20,000 nucleotides of DNA from Psammoneis japonica (Eukaryota), in assembly GCA_008632985.1 (NCBI GenBank), contig QPGO01000014.1:548871-568870 (forward strand), in the 5' to 3' direction. The notes under the pieces were generated by a model, which was given only the letters and a program-made list of their open reading frames with translations, searched no databases and was not told the DNA's origin. This document shows positions 1 to 10,544 of this stretch, piece after piece. Position 1 is the first letter of the stretch, and the number at the start of each line of letters is the position of its first letter. The position numbers were made by a program, and so were the translations under genes.

Positions 1-1584
1 GCGTTCTGTGCAATTCTGCTTCATCACGGAGGAAATCACCATGGGTGCTTCGTGATTGTCAACAATGGCATTCATGAGATCCGTACCGGCAATGGTAATG
101 ACACCATCACTGCCAGCATTGGCCATGGCTGCAGTATAAAGAGTGGTAGGAATGGGGGATTGTGTCAGTGATTGTCTTTCCAAATTCAAAAAAACATTGC
201 GCAATTTCATATTCAATACAGTATTAGTCTCACCTTCTTGAATTCCACCAAACTCGGCAATGGGCACACGAAACTGTTTGCGGATACGCGAATAGGCCCC
301 CACGGCACTTGCGACTCCTCGTGCCGCACCGACGGACCCCGCCGGCAAACTCACACCACGTCCTTCGGCCAAACACTCGACAAACATGTGCCATCCAAAG
401 CCACACCGTTCTTGCCCACCCAAAATGGACGACATGGGGATCCAAACGTCTTCGCCTTCGACGGTTCCATTCATAAAGGCAGCATTGAGCGGGTAGTGAC
501 GAGGACCCATGCGGAGGCCTTCGTGGTTGCGTCTGGAGAAAAAAGCAATGGATGATGAAAAAAGTGAGATATTAAAAAATTGCAAAAATCACAATTCCCA
601 TTCCATTACACTCACTCCAACAATGCCACAGTAAACCCTTCATCACCCTTGCCCTTGAGCAAATTATTGGGATCCGACAGATTCAATCCAATCCCAACCA
701 CTCCCGCCACGGGCGCCAGGGTAATGTATCGTTTCTTAAAGGTCGCTCTCACTCCCAGTTCTCCATTACGCTCTTCCACAACACAATCACTCCCAATCAA
801 GACGTGGCATCACTCCCGAGTGTGGTCCCGTCAAACCAAAGCACGGGATGAGCGTCCCGTCCGCCAAGCGTGGCAAAAAGTACTCCTTTTGATCTGCGTA
901 CCGTATCGCATCAACAATTCGCCCGGTCCCAACGAATTGGGAACCGCCACGGTCGCATTGGCATCAAAGCAATGCGTCGCAAGCTTGGCCAAAATCATAG
1001 ACACGGCTTGGGTGGAAAAGCCCAAACCGCCCCATTCTTTGGAAATTTTGAGTCCAAAGAAGCGTTCGTCACGCATGTAATCCCACGCCTCCTTGGTAAA
1101 GTCCTTATCGACCGACACTTGATGATCGTTCAATAAACTACAAAGCGTATTGACTTGATTGTCCAAAAAATCCTGTTCTTCTTGGGTAATGGCAGGCTTG
1201 TACGTGTCCAACAACTTTTTCAGAGAAGGGCTTCCTCCGAAAATGTCTCTGTCAAAGCCTGAGAAATAAAAATAAAAACGTGTTGTCAGTACACTAGCAT
1301 GCAATCACAACTACACAAAACATACGTTTTGACAATATATTTTTATACACACCAATCGTTCCACATCCGAGCGCAACTTGTTCGGTTTGAGAAATGGCCG
1401 GCATGACACTCTTGGCCCAACGATAGACTCGTTTGTCAACGCCATGGACCAAACCCAAGAGGGTTCGTGTCTGTTGGACTTGATGATGATTGGAGAGAGC
1501 AGTAGTAGCAGTCCATGGTGCAGCAGTGGAGACTGTCGCTAGTGAGCGAGGAGCACTCCGAGTGGCGCTCTTGGAAAGCATCAT
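1..1584 (-). CDS. fadE: FadE-type acyl-CoA dehydrogenase with probable mitochondrial transit peptide; 5' part only. Exons 1584-1353, 1258-616, 532-234, 128-<1; three apparent 1-nt deletions in exon 2
   Basis: The spliced translation gives MPAISQTEQVALGCGTIGFDRDIFGGSP...FFGLKISKEWGGLGFS...[47 protein letters not shown]...KRYITLAPVAGVVG...RHYPLNAAFMNG...GWHMFVECLAEGRGVSLPA...YSRIRKQFRVPIAEFGGIQE...SSVMKQNCTER, all hallmark FadE-clade motifs. The N-terminus MMLSKSATRSAPRSLATVST is S/T/R-rich with no acidic residues. Confidence 0.92.
129..233 (-). other. Intron 3 of the acyl-CoA dehydrogenase gene (105 nt)
   Basis: GTGAGA...TACTGCAG; removal joins GGIQE-A-MANAGSDG in frame. Confidence 0.85.
533..615 (-). 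other. Intron 2 of the acyl-CoA dehydrogenase gene (83 nt)
   Basis: GTGAGT...TTTTTCTCCAG; removal joins VALL-E-RNHEGLRMG in frame. Confidence 0.88.
1259..1352 (-). other. Intron 1 of the acyl-CoA dehydrogenase gene (94 nt)
   Basis: GTGTGT...TTTATTTCTCAG on the minus strand; removal joins TI-G-FDRDIF in frame. Confidence 0.85.
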
Positions 1585-1949
1585 GGTTGTCAACAACAAA
1601 ATGCGTTGAAACGAAAAAAGATTGTGATGATGTGATGCTTCTCTTCTTTTGCCTCCGATCGATCATGGATCCCTCCAAATCGTGATTGCCGTAGAATTCT
1701 ACGTGATTGTAGTACTGGTTTGGTAGCGTGTCATGTCGGATCGATCTGATGCATTTTCTTGATTGTACGGTAAGATCGTACTGAAAATCTACGTAGCATG
1801 ACACTTCTGGCAGCTGGGCCGTGACGCGCCGCGGTGTTGAGTCGAATGACTCAATCACACGATTGGGAATGACGCGGCGCGGCGGGATTGAGGAAGACAT
1901 CGCCAAAAAATTAAAGAAGCGCAACAAGAGGTGCAAGCAACAGAGCTGA

Positions 1950-4043
1950 TCTAACTGTTGATCATGCTTTGAACATGCTGAGGGTGACAGGAGATTATGT
2001 GTGTCATGCAGGGAAAACAACAGTGTTGCAAGAAGTGCGCACACAACTCCAAGGAGACCACAGCCAGCTTCTCCCTTTGTCACAATGATCATTGTGTGGC
2101 GCTGCTCGATGGCAGCAGCAGGCACCTCTCAAAGAATGACTTGGCACCTTGTCTCTGTGCAGTTCTTCTTTGTCCAATCCTTCCAAGATGCTCCACAGTC
2201 CATCATCTGGTGTGAGTGACACCAAAGCATGACCCCTCCCAACAAGCAGTGCCTTGACACAGCACCCCTGTGTTCTTTGGCGCGGCACTGCTCTCTGGAT
2301 CCAAGCAACTCTTGAGGTCAGAGAGCCCAAGTTGACTCATGTGTCTGTGTCTTCTCAAGCTCTCCAGTTCTTCCCATGCAACTCTCTGAGAGTGTGCGAT
2401 GCTCTGGCTGGCTCTTCTGTCAGCAACTGCTTTGGTGGTGACAGCTGCAAAAAAGCAGGCATGGAGAGAGCTGGGGAGAGTGCTTGCATTGTGTGCCTGT
2501 GTCTCCTGCCACAACAGGCATGTGTGCACTTGTTCAGCTGTGAAAAAAAGGCAGAAATTGTGGAAAGAGCTTGCTGTTGTCCTCCAAGAGCTTTTCAAAA
2601 CAAAAAAAAATGGCACAAACAAAACAAGGCAGTCCATTGTGGCCGCTTGCCAGCACAAAACAAAAATCCGAGCTGAGCTGGCCTCGCCAACTCCAACAAG
2701 TCAAAGCATGCAAAGCTGCAAGCTGAGCAAAAAAGTGCCCAAAAAAAAGAAAAGGAAGGTGCGATGATGCATGGCCAAGGGTGTTCCATCAGCCACAAAA
2801 AGGCCAACAAGCTCATTTGGAAGCTGACTGCAATTGGCAAAAATGAAAGCCAATGCAAAGTTTCCAAGGGGAGGGGCATGTTGAACACAACTGGCTCTTC
2901 TGTCAGCAACTGCTTTGGTGGTGGCAGCTGCAAAAAAGCAGGTGCAGAGAGAGCCAGGGTGAGTGCTTGTGTCTTGTGCATGTGTCTCCTGCCACAACAG
3001 GCAGGTGTGCACTTGCTCAGCTGCAAAAAAAGGGTGGCAAATGTGGAAAGGGCTTGCTGCTGTCCTCCAAGAGCTCTTCAAAAAACAAAAAATGTCACAA
3101 ACAAAACAAGGCAGTCCATTGCAGCTGCTGGCCAGCACAAAACAATGACCTGGGCTGAGCTGGCCTCACCAACTCCAACAAGTCAAAGTGTGCAAAGCTG
3201 CAAGCTGAGTGAAGAAGTGCGCCCAAAAAGAAGAAAAGGGAGGTGCGATGCATGGCCAGGGGTGTTCTGTCAGCCACAAAAAGGCCAACAAGCTCATTTG
3301 GACTGACTGCAATGGCCAAAAATAAAAACAAAGACAAAGTTGCCAAGGGGAGGGGCGTGTTGAACACAACACACTGTGCCAAATGAAAAGTGACACATCA
3401 AAAACAGAAGGCAGAAGCTCGTCCTGCATCTGGCGCCATTTTGAAAAGCTGCAGTTGCTTGTGCCTCACAGCACACACCTTTTCTGGACAAACAGTCTGC
3501 CCCTAAAGTGCCAAGACTAAGGGCACATGGCAGGAGTGGCAGCCAAGTTGTGTGCAAAGGATGAGAGGTGTGAGCAACATGGAGATGTTCAAAACTCGCA
3601 GCTTCTTTTTTTAATTTTTTGTTGATGTCAGTCAAACGCTTCTCAGCCACTTGCTGGCAGGTGCAAGAGAGGAGTTGGGAGGCATTGCAGGCCGACAAAG
3701 AGGTCTCAGTTGCTGCAGAGATGTGGAGCATTCCTTGCCCAGTGCACTGAACGTTTCAGTGTGAGTGTTGAGCAGATCAGACAGCCAAGGTTTGAGGGAT
3801 CAGCTGCACAATCATCTGGCAACAGCAACTGGCTGTCTGGTGATGAGACACTGTCAAACAAAACATCATTTCTGAAATGACACGTTGTTTCTGTGACAAG
3901 CAGAAGTTGTCTCCTCCGGTCGTTTCGGTTTGAGTTGGAAACTGTTCGTTCATTGACATTTTGGATTGTGTGAGAGCCTGTGAGGTGAAGTGCGAGCGCC
4001 GCTGAATCCTGCTTTGGCAGTTTCGGTTTTGCCCGCGCGAAAG
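1950..4043. other. TpA- and CpG-depleted degenerate domain 1 (probable decayed repeat or transposon-derived DNA, family unidentified)
   Basis: No TA dinucleotide between 1998 and 3322 and only four more up to 4043. Few CG, abundant TG/CA. Contains an internal tandem duplication and only short Tyr-free ORFs. Confidence 0.8.
2408..3369 (+). repeat. Diverged tandem direct duplication: ~483-bp unit (2408-2890) and ~479-bp unit (2891-3369)
   Basis: Both units begin CTGGCTCTTCTGTCAGCAACTGCTTTGGTGGTG and end GGGGAGGGGC(A/G)TGTTGAACACAA. They are collinear throughout, with many TG<->CA differences. Confidence 0.95.
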
Positions 4044-4292
4044 TATCTGAACAAAAACAGTCCATAGAAATTCTGTTCCCCAGTGCGCACGGGGTCTTTG
4101 CCATTAGAATTACTGTATCAGGTAGAAAACGAAGTAGAGTCTGTCCAGCGTTCTCCAAAATATCCATGCGCACTGATTGATAGACCTTCTTCTTAGTTCA
4201 CGTAATGTTCTTTGGACAGAACATGTTCAAAGCTTCCCGCACCCTATGATAGAGTGATTTGTCCACAAAAAGATGTCAACCGCGACGTGACA

Positions 4293-5551
4293 ATGGTGAT
4301 GTTCCCCAAAGCTCAGTTGCAACTTGTTGTTGCTTCTGCTTTTAGGTTCCTCACTTCTCAAGCATTGAGGCCCCTGCGATTGGATTCGCCGCTTAACCAA
4401 GAGTACTTTGTGTTCAGCCATAATGCAGCTACGGGCTATCTTGCAAACAAGCAAGGAATTGAAGGTATTAGGCTTGGCTTTTTCAAGAATCAAATAGGCA
4501 ACTTCACGGAGCAGCTCGGTTGTGGTGCTCGAGCTTTCGACCTTCGTCCTGCTGAAATCGACGGTGACATCTTTTTTCGGCACGGGGGCGTGCTGGTGCC
4601 TGAGATATCCTTCCAGAACGGAATCCAAGAAATTTTGGATTGGTCCGCATCGGATACATCTGAATTGATTTTGCTCAAGATCTCCAAGTGTCGGGACGGC
4701 GAAAACTGTGATGCCATTTCGACGATTCTTGCGAACTTGGGAATCGAATACATTACGGACTGCAGCGAGTTTGGAACTCTCACTGTTGGAGAGGCACTAA
4801 ACAAGAGTCAGGTTCTGGCTATTGAAGGTTCTTGTTTCATTCAGAACTTTAATGACACCCTGGAATGCCATGGGTTCTTGCCCGACGATAACGATCCTGC
4901 AAATGTAGCTGCAGTACGAGATTGCGTCCCAGATCTGGAATCTGAGATTAGCCTAGAACAGTTCGCGGGCATTTTCCTGTGTCTACAGGTGGCTCTCACG
5001 CTCGATAAGGTCAACCTTTTTGATTGCTGGAGTAGTAGCAGCTCGAAAGATTTTCCTGTAACCCAGCTTTTCAACCATCTCAAGGAAGTTGTGCTGCGGG
5101 ACCACCACAAGATGGTTTGCCTTGGCAGTGGCAAGCTCTTTGGCAAGGTGGGGAAGATACCGTCGTGCTTTCCACGTTTCGCCCTCTCCCGTTACCCCTT
5201 GTCCCTGACCTTACAAGTCTAGAGATTTCAAGCCTTCTCAAGAATAATGAGGAATCTCAAATCAACCGTCTGGTTTTGGAGTTGGTTACGGACTTGGTAA
5301 AGAACAATACTATTCTAAATTTGGTAGAGGTGGACTTTGTATGTGAGACGTATGGTCGCCAGCTGTTGTCGGCGGTGAGACCAGATGATGCGGCTGTGGG
5401 AACGCCCATGCCTACGTCAATGGCGTCACCGCCAACGACGACACCGCCAACGACTCCGACGCCCACTCCTTCTAGCGGAACCAAGGCGGGACCGCTCATG
5501 TTTGTATCTCTTTTTGTTATTCTTGTTTCGGAGATTGTCCAGCTTGTTTAG
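4293..5551 (+). CDS. Secreted PI-PLC X-domain (PLC-like phosphodiesterase) protein with Pro/Thr linker and hydrophobic C-terminal tail; one apparent 1-nt deletion near 5095
   Basis: Signal-like N-terminus MVMFPKAQLQLVVASAF. Motifs SHNAATGY, NQ..FTEQLGCGARAFDLRP and FFRHG supply the two catalytic His positions. Coding continues in the 5117-5551 frame (WQWQALWQ...LNLVEVDFVC...PTPTP...LMFVSLFVILVSEIVQLV). Confidence 0.78.
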
Positions 5552-6001
5552 ATGAGCTGCGAAATGTTGCTCGCTTGTGGTGACCTGGACATACGCGAGT
5601 GTTGGGGACAGTTCAGATTTGTGAATGGTACAATTTAAATCGAGGGATTAAGGTATTGCTGTTTGTTTTAATACCGGTAGTAACCACGTGCTATGTGTTA
5701 TACCTAATAATATAGTACCGTTCATTTTGTTGTACCGGTAGATCTCGTCCTTGAATCTTGGTCCACAAGCACTGCCATGGTTTCAACATCTTCAAAGCGC
5801 GGCAGAAAAGAATGCAATCCATGATTTCGACACCTTCGTGTACTACAGCTCACTACTTGACACTGTCGTGAATACCACTTTAGCTCACATTGCATCCATA
5901 GTCTTGGTAATGCCAAATTGGCTAGAGGAAACTGGAAATCATCTGTGAAAGGACATAATGTGTCACGTGTAAATCTTCTTTTTCTTTCTATTTGTCTTTA
6001 T

Positions 6002-6928
6002 TTACAATTTAGCATCACTGCTATTCTCTTTTGATTGTCGAAAGCCTTCCAACATATTGATAATGTACACAAGCCGCTCTTTTGTCGATCGATTCGAGAG
6101 CCACGTCAGTCTCGAAAAGGAATCATTGTGCGCCAAAACGAAACGAAGTGCCCAAAACGAGTACTGCTCCACATCAATGGGAGGCAAGCCCGCGTACAAC
6201 AAGTTGTGACGAGTCTTTACAAAGTTCTCCAGCAAATCTAGACTATACGATCTCAAGGCCAATACCTCTGTCATGGAAGCGTCATCGCTATTTGATTCGT
6301 CATCATCGTGCACCATCACGTAATCCGTCGCACGGGTCAAAGGCGGAGCGTCCGCTACATCATTAATGGGCACTTGTTCTTGCTTCAAAACACGCACTCG
6401 CGGGCCAGCAAGGCACTGCACCAGTATATTGCCTCCGGCTGGCAATTCTGTGTGCTCCATAATCCGTACAAGAATACAAAGGTCACTCTCTACATTTTCC
6501 GATGCGGGTGACATGCGAGCTCTCAAAATGTACAGGCCGTTTCGTTCGATTGTGGCTTCCTTGGCCAACAGTTTGTATCGTGGTTCAAAAAAGTTAAAAT
6601 CCAACACTTCACCCACGAGAGCAGTAGAATTAAAGTCAAAAATGGGTAGCACGGGAGGCAATTTTTGCTGTGGATCCCATACGGTCGAGAGTTCGTTGCA
6701 GCATCGAAGGGCCTCAAAGATATCGACCTGTTCTCTTTTTTCACTGCCACCTTTGAAAGTATTTCTCAGCAACTCACAAACTTGTTTTTTGTTGGATGGC
6801 AGAGGCACATCACTTGGTAGTACAGCTGCAGCGTATTTTCCAAACACTTGCGGATACCGACCGCCACCAGAAGCTCGCAACATGGCTCGATACACGGTTC
6901 GAATTAGACGAGGATTGGATAATGACAT
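6002..6928 (-). CDS. LON peptidase substrate-binding (N-terminal) domain protein with LYR-like N-terminal helix; no ATPase or protease domain
   Basis: Intact ~308-aa ORF from ATG 6928. LPIFDFNSTALVGEVLDFNFFEPRYKLL, CLAGPRVRV and YSFWAL...WLSNRSTKERL match the LON_substr_bdg pattern. The N-terminus contains IRTVYRAMLR. Confidence 0.78.
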   Translation of the reverse strand: MSLSNPRLIRTVYRAMLRASGGGRYPQVFGKYAAAVLPSDVPLPSNKKQVCELLRNTFKGGSEKREQVDIFEALRCCNELSTVWDPQQKLPPVLPIFDFNSTALVGEVLDFNFFEPRYKLLAKEATIERNGLYILRARMSPASENVESDLCILVRIMEHTELPAGGNILVQCLAGPRVRVLKQEQVPINDVADAPPLTRATDYVMVHDDDESNSDDASMTEVLALRSYSLDLLENFVKTRHNLLYAGLPPIDVEQYSFWALRFVLAHNDSFSRLTWLSNRSTKERLVYIINMLEGFRQSKENSSDAKL

Positions 6929-9393
6929 GGTCGTAAGTTGAAGATGCAAAACAAAATCAATCTATTAAGCCACAAGGTCAACCGGTGGTCCATTGTGAAG
7001 GTAAGTACGGGGATCATGAGGAAGGAAGGCGGCGGTAAAGCACCATGGTCTGTTGATGATCCTGATCTTACTCTGATGATGAGTCAGCGCGTCATGCGTT
7101 TTAGTTTCGTGTGCTAATTCAGTCTTGCATCGGTTGATTTGATGTGCTGATTGAACGCGGAGGGGAAAATGGCAAACCCAAAACGTGGGACGTACCACAT
7201 GACCTCGGCGTTTGAAGATTCATTGTAATTGTGGTTGTGCTTTGTGTTGTTTAGGCGTGTAGGATACCTGTAAGACTCGACAAGGTCGTGGATGACTTGG
7301 AGGGGATCATGAAGGATGCAAGGGAGATTGAAGACGAGAAAACAACGGTCTGCCCAGTCGTCGCAAACAACGTGGAAGTCTACAAGATTGTTGGTGATGA
7401 ACATTCAGCAGTTCGATCGTGCAATGAAGCGTGCCGCAAAAAAGAAAAGGGACTCGACTGGGAAGCTCTTGCTGCTGCTGCAGTCATGGCACTGGAGGCA
7501 GAAGTTGGGCACATCACCAGCGTGGTCAAAAACTTTGCAATCTTGCAGCAGCAGCAGCTCCTTTTCTTGCCTGCTCTCAATTGACCATTGTGCAGTCTGT
7601 GTGTCATTCACCCATGAATTTTTTCTCTGTCACAGCCACCATTGGAGAGAGATTGTGTGGTGGACTGCAGCAATCCAACAGCATTTTCTCATCACATTTC
7701 CCTGATGCACAACTGAGCGTGCATCATTTTGCTCTGATCCATTTAAAAACCCACAACAGGTGTCCTTGCCTTTTCCTCCCAAGTCCCAGACAGTTTTTGC
7801 TGCAGCCAGGCAACAACCTCCTCACCCCAGTTTGATGACATTTTTGGGAACATTTGTGGGAGACACCTCCATCAAGAGCATCCTGCCATTCTGCAGTTAA
7901 ATGCAGGCATGGCAGGTCTGCCCACAACAGCATTTTGTCAGCTGTCAGTCTGGCACTGATTTTGTCACATTGAGCAACCCAGTGCAACACCCAGTGCTTC
8001 TCTTCACAATTGGGGCTGGTGGGTCATTCTCAGCAGCAATGGGACATGGGCAACATGAGGGCATTGGTCGCCAGAAGCTCAGAAAGTGGTGGAGAGAAAA
8101 CAAGCTCATTGTCAGCTCACAACCAGATGACCCCCAATTCCAAGGATCCATTTTCAGCCTTTTAACTCTCAAAAAAAGCTGATGGGGACAGCACGTGAAT
8201 TCTCAGAAAATGACACAGAAACACAGAGGGCCACCTCTCTGCTGCACCTGGGTGTTTGCACATGTCTCCATCACCAGGTTTTCTGTGAAGCCAGAATGCA
8301 AACATTCAAGAATGCCAGCATGCCAAGAGACATTTCCTTGCAACACATGTTGCAGCTGTCAGCACCACATGGGAAATGAGTGAGTGAACACCCTTTGCTT
8401 GCACAGGAGTTGAGATGATGTCAGATGAGAAACAGAGTGTCGATGAGGGCATGTGGTTTTTTGCTTCAGATCTCTCATTGGTTCATTTGCAGAAAAGTCT
8501 TTTTGGGCAAGTGAAGAATGCACAAGGCACAGAGCAACACCTGGTGCAACCCAAACAAAAACATGAATTGAGTGAGAGCAGGGTCATCATTTCTTGTGCC
8601 CACAGGAACTTTGTTGCTTTCTCATTTCTGAGCAGGGACTCTTGCATGAGTGAACTTGCCATCACACAGGGGCACAGTGCAAGCAGTCAAGTGCTTGTTG
8701 TCAAGTCCCTTGAGGGTGTGCTCATTGGCCTTTTGGTGAGCTGCACACTCATCTCCATGGCCTCCAAGTTTTAACCCCACCTGTCATGTCCATCAAATGA
8801 TCACCAAACATGTTTGGGAAATCTGTTGCAGCACCCCCATCCAGAGCACCCAGCCACTCAACCACAGCCAGATCTGTGGCAGCAAGATCTCCACTTGAGC
8901 TGCCCTCCAGAGCTTTAAGATCACATCTTCTGGTGCTGCCCAAACATCCTTCCAAAAGTCATGTGTGCCAGATTCAGGCAAGATTGTAACAGCATTGGTG
9001 CAATTTTTGGCAACTCCAAGCAACTGACTGATGCACTTCTTTTTGTGTGAGAAATGAAGTGGTGTGCCATTTGGCACCAATCAATCAGTGAGAGCACCAA
9101 GATGTCAGGTGTGTTGAGCCAGAAATCTCTTCCTCTGGGACTTCATCATTTGTCCTCTGGTTGTTTCACATGTGCCGTCAGATGCAAGAAACATTGAGGC
9201 ACCCTGCAGTCATGAACAACAGCTGTCACTGTGTCCAGATGTGGCCCCCTTTCTTGTGCAAGGAAGAAAGCTCATTGCAGCCATGACCATTTGCAAAGAC
9301 ACTCCCAGGTTGTCACTGTAAATCAATTTAACCTTTGCAAAAAACATTTGGTTGGAGAGCAGAGCCTGCAGTTTGTTGCAAGAAATTGTGTTG

Positions 9394-9467
9394 ACCACAG
9401 AGCTTTCTTCTGTGCTTTTCTTTCAGATGGACCACAGAGCTTTCTTCTGTGCTTTTCTTTCAGATGG
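9394..9467 (+). repeat. Perfect 37-bp tandem duplication
   Basis: ACCACAGAGCTTTCTTCTGTGCTTTTCTTTCAGATGG occurs at 9394-9430 and 9431-9467. Confidence 0.97.
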
Positions 9468-10544
9468 CATGTGTGCCCCATCCCAGGTTGTGACCTCAAG
9501 AGTGTTCTTGGCAGTGGCAAGACCACTGCTCCACTTTTTCACCAACATCTTGGGAGAAGCAGTCAATGTGTGCATCATGAGGTCAACATGGCAATCCCAG
9601 TGAGCTTCAGTGTCACAGCCATTGCATGACCCATCTCAACTCTCAGAATCATTGCAAGAGAAAGCACATGTCTGGGCTGCCACAAACAGCAATGAGCACT
9701 TCTGTTGTCAGCTCATTCCACAACAACATTCTCTTCATGGTGAGCAGTTTGGAGCAAGTGAGCTGAATCACTGCACTTGCTTCTTGCACTCATCAATGCC
9801 ACAAATGTTTCAGCCAAAGCATCAGCTGCTCTCTTTGGCATGCACTCTTGGTGCACATGACATTTCCTCCTTTTGGACAGAAGCATCAGAGAGAGACTCT
9901 GACTTCAGTGGTGACATCAGCTCCAGATGTGGCAGTTTTTCCAGATCTGCCTGAGCAGGTTTTTGCAATTCAAAGACCAACACTGCTCCTTCTTGTTGCA
10001 ATGGGATCTTGACCTTGTTCTGGGTCCACCAACATGGCAGCAGCCATGCAAATGGGAATGTTCCTCAACAGTTTGTGCTCTTTGCAGCATGGACTTGCAA
10101 CAACAGTGCCATCAGGACTCAAAAACATTGTGGGTGCAAGTCCAAACTGCTCTTGCAATTGTGCGCCCTCAGCACTTTGGGCTGATTGGATTGAGTGATG
10201 ACTGTCTTTGAGGAAATGTCTGGTGCCTGCAGGTTTGGATGAGTCCTTCCTAAAATGACCTTTGTGCTGGTGCAATCATTCATAAAAAGAAACTAACATG
10301 AAAGTTTGGATGAACACAAAGGCACAGAAAATTGGATGTCATCAAAACATGTGAGTTTCTTTTGAACAAAGGAAGCAGATCTTAACTTTGCAAGGATTCC
10401 AAAACACAAGTGGTGGAGAGATTGATGGAGGAACATCAAAGGTGGCAGCTCTCATGTGGCAACTGACACTTGTTGGCATGCATCAGAAAAGAAGAGACAG
10501 CGCAGAGGATTGGCCACCTGCTGAGCCAAACAACAAGCAACACA

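Noticed and set aside
172..1136. Plus-strand ORFs 172-555, 580-1080 and 870-1136
   Set aside because: Antisense shadows of the acyl-CoA dehydrogenase exons.
1436..2125. 229-aa minus-strand ORF
   Set aside because: No recognisable domain. It spans the promoter and overlaps exon 1 out of frame, and its length is aided by TA loss.
2408..3369. Possible LTR pair or CRISPR-like array
   Set aside because: The units abut with no internal region, no TG...CA termini or PBS, and no repeat-spacer structure.
5722..5948. Short ORFs between the PLC and LON-domain genes
   Set aside because: About 65 aa, no true ATG context or motif; probably 3' UTR or intergenic DNA.
6366..6941. 191-aa plus-strand ORF
   Set aside because: Antisense to the LON-domain gene.
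7255..7584. Possible exon (DDLEGIMKDAREIEDEKTTV...) after a TTTAG acceptor
   Set aside because: Protein-like, but no family is recognised and no gene model can be built; it runs into the mutated domain.
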